Positions 26,146 through 36,857 of a stretch of 64,000 nt of DNA are shown here, piece after piece. Numbering within the stretch: position 1 is the first letter of the stretch; every line of letters begins with the position of its first letter. The DNA is from a virus (Duplodnaviria > Caudoviricetes), in IMG/VR virus record IMGVR_UViG_3300012979_000027, positions 32,001 through 96,000 of that record; one strand, 5' to 3'. The translations under genes were made by a program, and so were the position numbers. The notes under the pieces are model-generated. The model was not told the origin of the DNA. It saw only the letters and a list, made by a program, of their open reading frames with translations, and made no database searches.

Positions 26146-27762
26146 TTAAGATTCAGGCATTACATAATCCTCATAAACCTTATATAAGAAATCATCACCA
26201 TCCGTAGCTGCGTTATAATATGGCTTACCCTCTATCATTTCATACATACAAGGTTTACCATCTGGGTCCAAAGTGGGAATGAAGTCTCTGATGATTTGGT
26301 CTCCTTCTGAGATTTTAGCGCGATAAATGCGCCCATACCATTGACGTTCCGTATTTCCATTGCGTTTGAAAAGAGTAATTGGATTGGTAATTGTTAATTC
26401 TTCATTGGATAAATCTGATGAAATTATATCATTTTCTCCAAGATTTATTATTGCTTTTTTATCATTGAGCCAATTTAAAGAAGATAACGCGGTAGAACCA
26501 GAACCTCTATAGCCAGATAAGTTTATACTTGTTTTCCATCCATAATATGGATTATATTTGTAAGTTGGCCATCTTGGAACATACCAATGTTGATTATTTC
26601 CTTGTGCACCAAATGAAACGCCGTCTTTATTAAGTTCAATTTGTTGAATAATATTCCACCCGCCTATATTATTAGATGGCAATATTTCAGTATTTATAAA
26701 CTGTGTTCCATTGTCTTCTAAATATATACATCTTTCATATCCATAAGGAAGTTTGATAATGTCTAATTCTAATTCATTTTTAATTTCTTCGCATAAAGTT
26801 TCATTTTCAGGAAACTCTGTAGGAGGTGCAATAGACGATGCAATATTAAAAGCATATGTCACTTCCCAGCCTTTTGCTTTAATATCTTCAAATGCTTGAA
26901 ATATTTCAGGGTCATGTTTATATCCTGCATATATACCAAAATATATTTTATGTGTTCCGCTGGTCCATTCTTTTACAGTATCTCTAAAATTTAAAACTGT
27001 AGATTTGTCTACCTTACAATGCATAAACATATTATTCCCTTCAGATAAATTTTTAAAGTTTCCTATTAAATGAGTCAGACCCATACATCCTGAGAATGCA
27101 CCGGATAATATTGTTGCATTTCCTAAGTCTAAATTATATTCTCCTGCTAACCCAGTTTCTGTATATGGCCACGTATTTAAGAATAATCCATCTGCATTTG
27201 TTACATTGGGAAATGTATATTTCGAATCTAATTTTGTTTGTCTAAACCAATGCGTTTGACCAACATATGAACCATAGAAAACGGCTGATAATTTTGTAGC
27301 TTTATCTATAGATTCATTATACGGAATCGTAACAGGTTGAGATGAAGTTCCTGACACATATCCGACCGCCCCTTCTCTAAAAATACTACTAAGCTTAGTT
27401 GTGTTGGGAGAAAAATCTTTTGGCCAGTCAGGCATAATACATTTTGAAAAGATTCCATCGACATTTGTAAAATCTTTATAATTTGTATTTGCTTCTTTAA
27501 GAGATCTACAATTATAGAAAAAATTTTTTGCATTTGTAGTTTTTGGCATTTCACTATTAAACGAAACCATCGTAGAACCACTTAAAAAGTTTGTTGAACC
27601 ATCATGCACAAAATTATCTAAATTCCAATTCCAATTTTTTTCGTTATTGGCATAATCTTCTTTAAAATTAGAATTTATATTTTTTATATCAGCAATATTA
27701 GTACAATGAGCGTACTTATAATGATGATTTTCGCGTTTTACTGAATTAAATCCTCCGAGCAT
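26146..27762 (-). CDS. adhesin: BspA/LRR-like region plus one lectin-like domain
   Basis: xxFxxCxxL repeats; C-terminal domain homologous to 23594 repeats. Confidence 0.7.
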   Translation of the reverse strand: MLGGFNSVKRENHHYKYAHCTNIADIKNINSNFKEDYANNEKNWNWNLDNFVHDGSTNFLSGSTMVSFNSEMPKTTNAKNFFYNCRSLKEANTNYKDFTNVDGIFSKCIMPDWPKDFSPNTTKLSSIFREGAVGYVSGTSSQPVTIPYNESIDKATKLSAVFYGSYVGQTHWFRQTKLDSKYTFPNVTNADGLFLNTWPYTETGLAGEYNLDLGNATILSGAFSGCMGLTHLIGNFKNLSEGNNMFMHCKVDKSTVLNFRDTVKEWTSGTHKIYFGIYAGYKHDPEIFQAFEDIKAKGWEVTYAFNIASSIAPPTEFPENETLCEEIKNELELDIIKLPYGYERCIYLEDNGTQFINTEILPSNNIGGWNIIQQIELNKDGVSFGAQGNNQHWYVPRWPTYKYNPYYGWKTSINLSGYRGSGSTALSSLNWLNDKKAIINLGENDIISSDLSNEELTITNPITLFKRNGNTERQWYGRIYRAKISEGDQIIRDFIPTLDPDGKPCMYEMIEGKPYYNAATDGDDFLYKVYEDYVMPES

Positions 27763-27763
27763 T

Positions 27764-28261
27764 TTAGTACATGTAGGCTATTGAAGCAATAATTTTTTTA
27801 GGTTCCTGACGGAAAACAATACGATAATTTTTAGAAGGCAAAAGTATGGGGGCAGCGCCTGTTGCACTGTCAATCCAATAGGTATTATCTGGCCATTGAT
27901 GATTAATAGGAGCAGGAGCGGGTGTAGTAAACCACAATTCACAAGTCTGAATTAAACGCCCATTAGCAGAAAAAGTAATATTCTTTAAATTAGTAGTATC
28001 AGAAATTTCACCAATGTCATAACAGACTCCATTGTTAAAAACACTTGGAATACCTTCGGTATAATAATATCCACTCGCCATCGGATTTTCTGTGTCAAAA
28101 ACAGTTCCATTGACTGAATCTGTAACTATTAAAGAACCATTTCCATTGGCTGAATCTGTAAATGTTAAAGAACCATTTCCTTCAACAAAGATATTATTAG
28201 TATTAACTTGTGGAGTTTCTATTTTCTGTTTGTATAAAATACTTTTGGATATTAAACTCAT
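27764..28261 (-). CDS. small fibre-cassette protein (paralog 1 of 3)
   Basis: QTCELWFTT..WID..YRIVxRxE..ASIxY. Confidence 0.75.
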   Translation of the reverse strand: MSLISKSILYKQKIETPQVNTNNIFVEGNGSLTFTDSANGNGSLIVTDSVNGTVFDTENPMASGYYYTEGIPSVFNNGVCYDIGEISDTTNLKNITFSANGRLIQTCELWFTTPAPAPINHQWPDNTYWIDSATGAAPILLPSKNYRIVFRQEPKKIIASIAYMY

Positions 28262-28274
28262 AGTCGTAAATTAT

Positions 28275-29270
28275 TTAGATTTCAATTTCTTCCTTTGGTA
28301 TCTCTAATCCAAAATACTCATATGCTTCTTCTAATGATGAGAATTCTTGATAACCACTTTCTTCCCAATTAGTAACATAATGTCCCCAATCTAAAAGATG
28401 TTCCTTTTCTCCTATTCTAGCATAAATAAGAGATTTTCTTAAAGAAAAAGTAGATGTAGTAGTTGTTGTAGGTGTTCCATTCCATCCAACTGTCATTTTC
28501 CAGCCTTTACTCTCTGCATTAGAAATAGCCGTTGTTACCTCATTATCAAATTTATGATCGATATGAATAAAGATTTTTAAACGGTGAGTCCCGCTTGAAT
28601 AAGTAGGGATACTGTCCAAAATGCGTAACGCTGATTCTTTGCTAAGCTGCGAAGAACCAAACATGTAATATCCGTCTTCTAAAGAATTAAAAGTTGCATC
28701 AACTTCCCTGAGTTTAGGTGTTTCCCAAAACATGTCAGTCGTGTTGGTAATATGTGAGCAATCTGCTTTGAAACTTTCAAGAAAGCGTGCTCCTTGACAC
28801 ATATTTTGAGGTTTTATACATAGTGGAATAGAAGTATTTAAATATTTTACATTTGAAAAAGTAAAAATACCCATCGAGGCTTCAGCATTAGTATTTGTTA
28901 AAGAGTCCAATGGATAAATCCATCCACCGTCTGTTGTTAAGTCTTTTCTGTAATCAGGATTAACTATTTTCAAATCAGCCCAATTTTTTGACTTTATATA
29001 TTTGTTAATATCATGGAAGCTGACTTCAATATGATGATTATAATATTGTTCCTTTACAATTACATTTGTTTCTAACTTTATAAAGGCGTTCTTAATAGCT
29101 TCCAACTTTTCATTATCTACTCTATCAGTATGAATAATTACTTTTCTCTGGCCATTAATATAATCCAACTTATAAGGAGTTTCACCCATTAACTCCTTAA
29201 TCTTAGGCTCAAGGAATCTCATAAAATAAGTAGATTCGCCTAAACTTCTCATTTTACACCCAATGCTCAT
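28275..29270 (-). CDS. LRR-like adhesin with conserved C-terminal LDWGHYVTNWEE domain
   Basis: Paralog of 29745 and 34097. Confidence 0.75.
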   Translation of the reverse strand: MSIGCKMRSLGESTYFMRFLEPKIKELMGETPYKLDYINGQRKVIIHTDRVDNEKLEAIKNAFIKLETNVIVKEQYYNHHIEVSFHDINKYIKSKNWADLKIVNPDYRKDLTTDGGWIYPLDSLTNTNAEASMGIFTFSNVKYLNTSIPLCIKPQNMCQGARFLESFKADCSHITNTTDMFWETPKLREVDATFNSLEDGYYMFGSSQLSKESALRILDSIPTYSSGTHRLKIFIHIDHKFDNEVTTAISNAESKGWKMTVGWNGTPTTTTTSTFSLRKSLIYARIGEKEHLLDWGHYVTNWEESGYQEFSSLEEAYEYFGLEIPKEEIEI

Positions 29271-29275
29271 AATAC

Positions 29276-29731
29276 TTAAACAGCGTTATAACAATAAGAA
29301 ATAGAAGCAACAAGGTTATCAATCTCTTTACGAATTACGATACGATAATTTAATAAAGGAAGCCATGTAGGTTCTGAACCGTCTGCATTATCAATCCAAA
29401 TGAGATTAGAGGGCCAAGTAATAGTGTAAACAGTGGAATCAGTAGTAAACCACAATTCACAAGTCTGTATAATTGATTCATCGCCGCTAAATGTCATTTC
29501 ACTTAAATCTGTATCAGAAGTAATTTTACCAATACCATAAATCGTACTATTGTCCAGTCTTGAAGGAATACCTTGTACATAAGGAAATCCTGAAATTCCT
29601 TCTTCAATTATTATTTCACCATCATCTACGAATGTTATTGCTCCATTATTATCTATAAAAATATTATTACAATTAACTTGCGGTGTCTCTACTCTATTAT
29701 AAGAAATATTGCTTACGGATGCTAAACTCAT
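29276..29731 (-). CDS. small fibre-cassette protein (paralog 2 of 3)
   Basis: QTCELWFTT motif. Confidence 0.75.
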   Translation of the reverse strand: MSLASVSNISYNRVETPQVNCNNIFIDNNGAITFVDDGEIIIEEGISGFPYVQGIPSRLDNSTIYGIGKITSDTDLSEMTFSGDESIIQTCELWFTTDSTVYTITWPSNLIWIDNADGSEPTWLPLLNYRIVIRKEIDNLVASISYCYNAV

Positions 29732-29744
29732 AGTCGTAAATTAT

Positions 29745-30920
29745 TTAGATTTCAATTTCTTCCTTTGGTACCTCTAATCCGAAATATTCATAAGCGGATT
29801 CCAGTGAGCGGAACTGCTCATATTCGCGCTCTTCCCAATTGGTCACATAATGGCCCCAATCGAGATATTGCTCAGTAGTACCGTCAGGGTGTTCCAGTTC
29901 GCCTATCTTGGCGTAAATGAGCGTCCCCATAGCAAACGTACTGGTAGTAGGTGTAGTATAAGTTGGTCCGCCCGGTAACCATCGCACGGTCAGTTTCCAG
30001 CCCTTAGCTTCAGCATTGGAGATAGCTGTCAACACTTCCTCATCGAATTGGTGGTCAATATGAATACCCATGGAGAGCTTTTGTCTCAAGCCTCGTGGCA
30101 CATTTGTTGAAGAATAAACAGTTTCCACGTAATCACAATAAGCAGAATCTGGAAGAGAATTAAGTATTCTTAAGCTGCTTGTTTTATTCAACTTTGAATT
30201 ACTAAATCCTAGTCCTGCACCATATAAAGACGGCAATTCAAGGTATACTTCTTCTAAGGCATAGGCTTCGTGAAACGGTTGATAAAAAACAATTATATGA
30301 CTCCAATCGCTGCTGAATTTTTTTAATGATGACGGACTAAAATGTGCAATAGTTTTCGTGTTATATGCTAAAGCTGAAAGCATGGGCATTTTTGCATGCA
30401 TCTCTACAAAGCGTCTAGTATGAGTCCAGCAATAAGCCATAGCCTGCACTTTCGGCAGGTCTACGCTCCATTTCTTTAACTTATCTGATTTCCAAACAGG
30501 AGAAGACCATGATAAGCCATCATTTGTATGATAAGTCGCAGCACTCATATCAACCATTTTGAGTAGAGGGTAAATCCACTCCCCTTCGCTAGTGACATCA
30601 TCCATGAAATTCGGATCAACTGCCTCCATTTCTCGCAGCGTTGTGCAAGCCGCATATTTGTTAATGTCTCGCCATGAAATTTCTATATTATGATTATATT
30701 GTTTTAGACCAACATTTTTCAATCCATTTTGATTAATTACATTTTTCACTTGTTCTAACTTTTCATCATCAATTCTATCAGTATGAACGATTAATCGTTT
30801 TTTACCAACTTCGTGTGCAATTTCATATGCAGTGCCTCCTGTTGCTTCTTCCAAATTTGGTAAAAACTTAGTATAATATGTCGATTCGCCCATAGGACGA
30901 AATTTACCCATCATTGCCAT
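29745..30920 (-). CDS. LRR-like adhesin with conserved C-terminal domain
   Basis: HTDRI, YNHNIE, GEWIYPL, LDWGHYVTNWEE motifs. Confidence 0.75.
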   Translation of the reverse strand: MAMMGKFRPMGESTYYTKFLPNLEEATGGTAYEIAHEVGKKRLIVHTDRIDDEKLEQVKNVINQNGLKNVGLKQYNHNIEISWRDINKYAACTTLREMEAVDPNFMDDVTSEGEWIYPLLKMVDMSAATYHTNDGLSWSSPVWKSDKLKKWSVDLPKVQAMAYCWTHTRRFVEMHAKMPMLSALAYNTKTIAHFSPSSLKKFSSDWSHIIVFYQPFHEAYALEEVYLELPSLYGAGLGFSNSKLNKTSSLRILNSLPDSAYCDYVETVYSSTNVPRGLRQKLSMGIHIDHQFDEEVLTAISNAEAKGWKLTVRWLPGGPTYTTPTTSTFAMGTLIYAKIGELEHPDGTTEQYLDWGHYVTNWEEREYEQFRSLESAYEYFGLEVPKEEIEI

Positions 30921-30922
30921 AA

Positions 30923-31522
30923 TTAAGAAATAGAATAATAGTGAGAAATAGAAGCGATTAGTGTATCAATCTCTTTACGAATAATGATACGATATTTCAT
31001 TTTAGAAAGTAATTGAGGCATATTACCATCCTCATAGTCAATCCATATCAAATTAGGAGGAAAAGTGATATTATATAATGTTAAACCCGTATTAAACCAT
31101 AATTCACATGATTGTACAATTGTTTCATCTCCATCAAATGTCATACCACTTAAATCTGTATCAGCATTTATATCTCCTATATTATAGATAGCACCGTTAG
31201 CAACTACAGTAGGAATACCATTAAAGATGGGGTATCCATTTGCACCACTCGTAATAGTTACTTCTCCATCATTGAGGAACGAAATCTGGCTACCCTTTGC
31301 AATATAGATATTACCATCAGTCTTAATTCCCTGTGAAGTTGTTACTTGTTTTGAAAAGACATTTACTTCAGTGAATTCGTTTTCACCCATTCTTTTTGCT
31401 ATATTTTCATCTGACGAATGGAGGTAACGAGAATCAATATTTTCGCCATTTAAAATATATGACTCTGAACCGATTTTTTTAGCTTTAATAGAATGGACAT
31501 GATTAGTATAAACTTCGCTCAT
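30923..31522 (-). CDS. small fibre-cassette protein (paralog 3 of 3)
   Basis: QSCELWFNT motif. Confidence 0.75.
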   Translation of the reverse strand: MSEVYTNHVHSIKAKKIGSESYILNGENIDSRYLHSSDENIAKRMGENEFTEVNVFSKQVTTSQGIKTDGNIYIAKGSQISFLNDGEVTITSGANGYPIFNGIPTVVANGAIYNIGDINADTDLSGMTFDGDETIVQSCELWFNTGLTLYNITFPPNLIWIDYEDGNMPQLLSKMKYRIIIRKEIDTLIASISHYYSIS

Positions 31523-31526
31523 AATA

Positions 31527-32015
31527 TTACATTAAAGTTGAAGTAACGTGCCCTTGAGTACGATTCTTTTCAAATTCCTCTAAATCAGCAGGTTGTGCTG
31601 TCTTGGAGAATTTTTCATCATAATTTACCTTCATATTTGCAGGAACGGTAGAAGGAAGATTAACACCATTATCGATACGTTTCACATAAGCAAGAAGATG
31701 TCCTGGAATTGTAACGGGGTCATAATAACGTCCGCCGCCTAAACTATATGCGATAGTAATAGTGGAAGGAGTAGCAGTATCAGCGATAAGTGGCTCAAGA
31801 GAAACGTTTGCAACCATGATAATTGCATCGCCATTTGTCTGAGCTTCGACCATATCTTTTACTTTACCGGCCATTTCAGGTTGTAATTGTTTGAAACAAG
31901 GGTCATTAAGGATTTTCTTATCAAATTCGAGTGTATCGCCTACACAAAAACATCCTGCAGTGTAACGAGACATATAATGCTCAAAAACATTCTTGAAAGA
32001 TTCTCTTTTATACAT
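31527..32015 (-). CDS. hypothetical late protein (start MYKRES)
   Basis: TAAATA late motif upstream. Confidence 0.7.
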   Translation of the reverse strand: MYKRESFKNVFEHYMSRYTAGCFCVGDTLEFDKKILNDPCFKQLQPEMAGKVKDMVEAQTNGDAIIMVANVSLEPLIADTATPSTITIAYSLGGGRYYDPVTIPGHLLAYVKRIDNGVNLPSTVPANMKVNYDEKFSKTAQPADLEEFEKNRTQGHVTSTLM

Positions 32016-32036
32016 TGTAACTTTATTTAATAGCAA

Positions 32037-32070
32037 AAAGAAACAATAGATTTTACTCTATTGTTTCTTT
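32037..32070. terminator. Hairpin terminator
   Basis: AAAGAAACAATAGA..TCTATTGTTTCTTT. Confidence 0.55.
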
Positions 32071-32195
32071 TATATGAATTTAATAAGATATGTTTCTTAG
32101 CTTCAATTATTTTTAAAATTGATAGTTTCAATTACTCCAGAACATTTTTGATATTATGAAAATTAAATTTCTATAAATCGAATATGTTATTTATT

Positions 32196-32639
32196 CTACT
32201 CTGTCTTTGTCAAATATTCAAAAAGAGCGAAAATGGGGTTCCCAGATTCCGGCTCTTCAGTGCAGGTTGCTGCAGCTTCATCAGCAAGAGTATATGATTT
32301 TCTTTCTGTTGTATTGTCCACATATTCTGCTTTAATACCAAATACAATGGCTGGAATAATTTTTGTCTGCTGCTCTTTATCATCGAGAGCCGTTGTAGTC
32401 ACTGGACATTCGATATCCGTGCGCGTCATAGTTATAAAGCTTGGTAACCATTCATTACTACCCATATTCTGCAACATAGTTATCATCTGTTCCCATTGCG
32501 CGAGTTGTTCGGTTGGTAAAGATTCCGCAGAGATAGAGTACGGTTTCACTGCCCTGCCGTTTCGTAGCAACCCGACAACCGTAATTTTTGATTTACCCCA
32601 ATCGCGCGAGTTAATTGCAATTTGTATTTCTTCTTTCAT
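32196..32639 (-). CDS. hypothetical protein, possible fibre chaperone (start MKEEIQ)
   Basis: Immediately after fibre gene. Confidence 0.65.
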   Translation of the reverse strand: MKEEIQIAINSRDWGKSKITVVGLLRNGRAVKPYSISAESLPTEQLAQWEQMITMLQNMGSNEWLPSFITMTRTDIECPVTTTALDDKEQQTKIIPAIVFGIKAEYVDNTTERKSYTLADEAAATCTEEPESGNPIFALFEYLTKTE

Positions 32640-32641
32640 TG

Positions 32642-34087
32642 TTATACGCCGTTTTGTTTTATATCGTTGTGGATTGTGCACGGATAACCAAACGCATGAT
32701 TCCCCACACTCTTAAACCTTAAATACCCAGTGCGCTCGGTTCCATCATTCGGTAATATAGTCAGAACAAGCTGCCCGCCATTTTCAACCTCACTCACTTC
32801 CGTTGTTAGCCATTCCGGCAAGTGTTCAATCGTCCAGTTGCACCCGGCATCTGGAGAAAAATTGATTACAAACTCACCACCGGACGCTTCCAACGTAGCA
32901 ATACTTACCGCTGAAACATCATTATTTGACAGCATGTATGACTTATTTTGAACTTCGGCATTTTTAGAAATCACATAACTATTCAGCTGCGGCGTTGTAT
33001 CGTGCGCTGCATATATATTACTGGCACTACCTTTAAGTACAAATCCCAAATTTGTTGCTCCCCAATAAACCACACCTGACCTGAATGAAGTAACAAGCTG
33101 CAACTCATCGCCCACAAGCCCCCAAATCACCACCTTAATATTATTGGAAAATCCGTTACCGAGATATAAAACCAGCTTATTGGTTTTAGTCAGCACCTCA
33201 TTCTCACCCAAATCATAAACCGAAAAAGAATAATGTCCTTCAGTGTTTGAGTGTGACTGTTTTATATACAAATGCGAGCCGAAGATGAACGCGTTTGAAA
33301 AACAGCCCACTGAGTTCCCCGCATTCCACCATACGTTACTATAGAGACTATTTTCCTGACTCGGATACACTTTCAATCTATAATCAAAAGCTGTTGCGCC
33401 AATCTCAACACCGCAATTCTTGTCGTATCTCAGCAGCATACAGGCGTTTGTATTATTAGCATCTACATGTTTCAGGTAATAATACCCGACACTAGTTCCG
33501 TCGCTCGCAGTAGTAGAAAACTCTTTTTCCATCACGGTAGTTCGATACGTTGAATCTAGATGTATCACGCAATTTGAGTAGCCCTGAAATTCGCGTAAAG
33601 CCTCCATTACCCTCTCCTTAATAATCGCCGCACCCGACAAATCGCCATTAAGTACTACCTCGCCATTAAAAACACCAACTCCATTCACTGTCTGCGTAGT
33701 TCCCGCTTCAAAGGTGTTATTACCGCTCTGCAACGCTGCATCACCCAGCAAAGAAGCGTTCTGCTCTGCTTTCGCGGCTTCCTCTTCAGCTTTGGTTTGC
33801 GCAGCCAATGCGTCAATCTTTGCTTGCTCAGCTGTTGTTGAACTAGCTGAAGCATTTTCAGCTGCCGTCTCTGCAGCAAGCTTAGCGGTATTTGCAGCCG
33901 CCGCATCATTTTCAGCAGAAGCTGCAGCATCAACTGCTATTTGAGTAGCATTTTCAATTGCTGCGTCATTAATTGTTATTGAATCTAAATCTGTTTCTTT
34001 GAAATATTTTGTACCATCAGATGTTTGCAGTTCATCTGTAACAATTTTATTACAAATTATTCCATTTTTATCTATTTTAGCGCTCAT
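32642..34087 (-). CDS. tail fibre-like protein with Ala-rich coiled coil and C-terminal BACON-like domain
   Basis: ASGGE..WT..PEWLT..G..LTILPNDGTERTGYLRF. Confidence 0.7.
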   Translation of the reverse strand: MSAKIDKNGIICNKIVTDELQTSDGTKYFKETDLDSITINDAAIENATQIAVDAAASAENDAAAANTAKLAAETAAENASASSTTAEQAKIDALAAQTKAEEEAAKAEQNASLLGDAALQSGNNTFEAGTTQTVNGVGVFNGEVVLNGDLSGAAIIKERVMEALREFQGYSNCVIHLDSTYRTTVMEKEFSTTASDGTSVGYYYLKHVDANNTNACMLLRYDKNCGVEIGATAFDYRLKVYPSQENSLYSNVWWNAGNSVGCFSNAFIFGSHLYIKQSHSNTEGHYSFSVYDLGENEVLTKTNKLVLYLGNGFSNNIKVVIWGLVGDELQLVTSFRSGVVYWGATNLGFVLKGSASNIYAAHDTTPQLNSYVISKNAEVQNKSYMLSNNDVSAVSIATLEASGGEFVINFSPDAGCNWTIEHLPEWLTTEVSEVENGGQLVLTILPNDGTERTGYLRFKSVGNHAFGYPCTIHNDIKQNGV

Positions 34088-34096
34088 AAATTAAAT

Positions 34097-35347
34097 TTAA
34101 TTATTCATTTCTAACCCGAAATACTCATATGCTGATTCCAATGAGCGGAACTGCTCATATCCTCGTTCTTCCCAGTTAGTCACATAATGTCCCCAATCGA
34201 GATATTGCTCGGTGGTTCCGTCAGGGTGTTCCAGCTCGCCCACCTTGGCGTAGATAAGCATTCCCATGTTGAATGTGCTCGTTGCGCTTGTTGGGGTTCC
34301 GTTCCATTGAACAGTGAGGGTCCAGCCCTTAGCTTCTGCGTTAGTTATCGCAGCCAGTACTTCCTCGTCATTCTTGTGGTCGATGTGGATGCCGATTGTA
34401 AGCGGGTGGTTGCCGCTGGTGTAGGAAGGAATGGAATCCACAAAGCGAATTACTGACTCCTTATTCAAAATACATTGTGAAAACATCCATGAGGCTGATT
34501 CTAAAGCGGACACTTTCAAATCAACATCAAAAAGTCCCGCCCTGTATTGAAACATTCCGAGAGCATTAGTCAGTTTGGGACAATAACCATAGACTCTCTT
34601 TAGGTTTTTATTCCCCCACCACTCTTCAATCATACTTTGGGCGTTTGTACATTCATTCATATATAGATACAGCGTCACAATACTGTTATTGTTTAAAAAC
34701 AAACTATGTGCATTTTTGATTTTATGCAGCGGGTAAACCCACTCGCCGTCACTAGTGACATCATTTAGGTAATTTGGATTAACCGCTATCATATCATTCT
34801 GAGTCACACACTCCGCATACTTATCAATATCCCTCCAAGAAACCTCTATATTGTGATTGTACTTTTCCGTTTCAATTGTTTGAGGTAATACTTCACTTAA
34901 CAAGTTCTCAAGATTCGTAACCATATCATCAGAGATTCTATCAGTATGAATTATTAACTTTTTAGTATCATTTTCAAAATATAATTCAAACTTCGTTTCA
35001 CCTAATAATTCTTTTACTTTAGGAGTAAGGAATTTAACAACATCGCCATAGACAGTGGTCAATGATTTACAACGTTCTCCGGGAATAATTGTTAAAGTGT
35101 CTTCTAAAATATTATCTAAATTAATATTAACGCAATCATAAGGAATAGTAGTAGATTTAGTTTCATTGTTAATAAGTGCTTTAGTATCCACAAACCCTAC
35201 CAATTTTCCGTCTTTATAAACGAAATTGCCAACGAGAGCGTCACCATCAGGCCATTTAGTTGTCACACCATCTGGAATAGCTACTTTATTTTCGCCAAGG
35301 ACCCCATCTGCGTTGGGCCAAATTGAATTTTTTAAAGTTGTACTCAT
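34097..35347 (-). CDS. chimeric LRR-like adhesin
   Basis: N-terminus shared with 35351 (NSIWPN, KLVGFVDTKAL); C-terminus shared with 29745. Confidence 0.75.
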   Translation of the reverse strand: MSTTLKNSIWPNADGVLGENKVAIPDGVTTKWPDGDALVGNFVYKDGKLVGFVDTKALINNETKSTTIPYDCVNINLDNILEDTLTIIPGERCKSLTTVYGDVVKFLTPKVKELLGETKFELYFENDTKKLIIHTDRISDDMVTNLENLLSEVLPQTIETEKYNHNIEVSWRDIDKYAECVTQNDMIAVNPNYLNDVTSDGEWVYPLHKIKNAHSLFLNNNSIVTLYLYMNECTNAQSMIEEWWGNKNLKRVYGYCPKLTNALGMFQYRAGLFDVDLKVSALESASWMFSQCILNKESVIRFVDSIPSYTSGNHPLTIGIHIDHKNDEEVLAAITNAEAKGWTLTVQWNGTPTSATSTFNMGMLIYAKVGELEHPDGTTEQYLDWGHYVTNWEERGYEQFRSLESAYEYFGLEMNN

Positions 35348-35350
35348 ATA

Positions 35351-36835
35351 TTAGTTTCTTTCTATTGGTTTGATGTTAAGCGCTTCAATTGCTTCTTCAA
35401 GAGTAGCATACTGTATATAACCTTCTATTGAACCGGTTGTTTCATGGAACCAATTAAGTCTATACTTCTTAGAACCGTCTTCTGAAGTATAGACTGCATA
35501 TTCTTCTGTTTCCTCAAGTTTCACAAATACAGGAAGAGTATCAGTAGAAGGTCTTCTTAAACCATATGTTGTTGTGGGTCTACCATTGTATTGAACGTAT
35601 GGATACCAGCCCTTAGCTTGAAAAGCTGCCAAGAGGGAAGTCATGTCAGCGTAACCAACTTCTTGAGCAAATAGGTTTTTATCTTCTGTTGTATCATTGC
35701 AGCCCATACCAAGAGATATTGCGTCTGAATATGTATTAAGCGTATCAATGACATTCTTAACAGAAGGAGCATCAAGCTTACACATATTGAACATACCACT
35801 ACCATTTGTCAAACTAGGTAAGTCAGAAGAGAATGAGGTAAGATTAGAACAATAACCGAACATACTACCACCATTTGTTAAACTAGATAAATTAGAGGAG
35901 AATGAGGTGAGATTAGAACATTCATAGAACATACTTTCACCATTTGTTAAACTAGATAAATTAGAGGAGAATGAGGTGAGATTAGAACAACTACCGAACA
36001 TCCCAAAAGCATCCGTCAAACTAGGCAAGTCAGATGAGAATGTTGCGAAAGCACAATCAGAGAACATATTACTACCATTCGTTAAACTAGACAAATCAGA
36101 ATTGAATGAAGTGAGATTATTACAATTATTGAACATACTATAACCATCCGTCAAACTAGATAAATCAGAAGAGAATGAGGTGAGATTAGAACAATAAGTG
36201 AACATCAAGCTGCCATCTTTAAGAGAACTCATATCGGAATTAAATTCAGAAAGAACAAGACCTCGCATTTTCCCTGCTATTAAATCTATATTGCAGAATA
36301 ACCCATCAGCTTTCATTGCTTCCTCGTCATAAATACCACCAACTTCAATCTTGGAAGTATCAATTGTACCGATTAAATTATCATCAGCATCGTAAAGTTT
36401 ATTATCAACTACACTCTTAGCAGTACGAACGGTATCAATGGTTTCTTGGTCAGTATCAGTAAAATCAATGATAACGAAATCAAAAGTCTCGTCATCGCCG
36501 GTACTGACCGCCCACTTAAATTTCTTAACAGTAGCATTTGGGGCGTTCACTGTAAGCGAGCCTTCAGAAATAGAAGAGAAATCTGCTTCAATGTGAGAAT
36601 AATTCATCGTTGTAGTAGCAGAACCAGAAACAGTAAGTGCTTTGGTATCAACAAATCCAACTAATTTATCATTTTGATAAACAAATGGAGAAATCAACTT
36701 ATCACCTTCCGGCCAAGTGATAGTTAAAATATCTACTTTATTAGTACCTAACGGATAAAAAATTACATAGCCTTCTGAATCTGTTTTTAAGCCATTTGGC
36801 CAGATTGAGTTAGGCGGAGGTTGTATAGTTGCCAT
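35351..36835 (-). CDS. BspA/DUF285-like LRR adhesin
   Basis: Tandem 22-24-aa repeats LTSFSSDLSSLTNGxxMFxxC. Confidence 0.75.
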   Translation of the reverse strand: MATIQPPPNSIWPNGLKTDSEGYVIFYPLGTNKVDILTITWPEGDKLISPFVYQNDKLVGFVDTKALTVSGSATTTMNYSHIEADFSSISEGSLTVNAPNATVKKFKWAVSTGDDETFDFVIIDFTDTDQETIDTVRTAKSVVDNKLYDADDNLIGTIDTSKIEVGGIYDEEAMKADGLFCNIDLIAGKMRGLVLSEFNSDMSSLKDGSLMFTYCSNLTSFSSDLSSLTDGYSMFNNCNNLTSFNSDLSSLTNGSNMFSDCAFATFSSDLPSLTDAFGMFGSCSNLTSFSSNLSSLTNGESMFYECSNLTSFSSNLSSLTNGGSMFGYCSNLTSFSSDLPSLTNGSGMFNMCKLDAPSVKNVIDTLNTYSDAISLGMGCNDTTEDKNLFAQEVGYADMTSLLAAFQAKGWYPYVQYNGRPTTTYGLRRPSTDTLPVFVKLEETEEYAVYTSEDGSKKYRLNWFHETTGSIEGYIQYATLEEAIEALNIKPIERN

Positions 36836-36857
36836 AAAAATTATTTAATTTTAGCTA

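Noticed and set aside
28254-34270. Diversity-generating retroelement (TR/VR pair)
   Set aside because: Repeat copies differ mostly at synonymous positions and not specifically at adenines; both copies are coding; no reverse transcriptase in the window.
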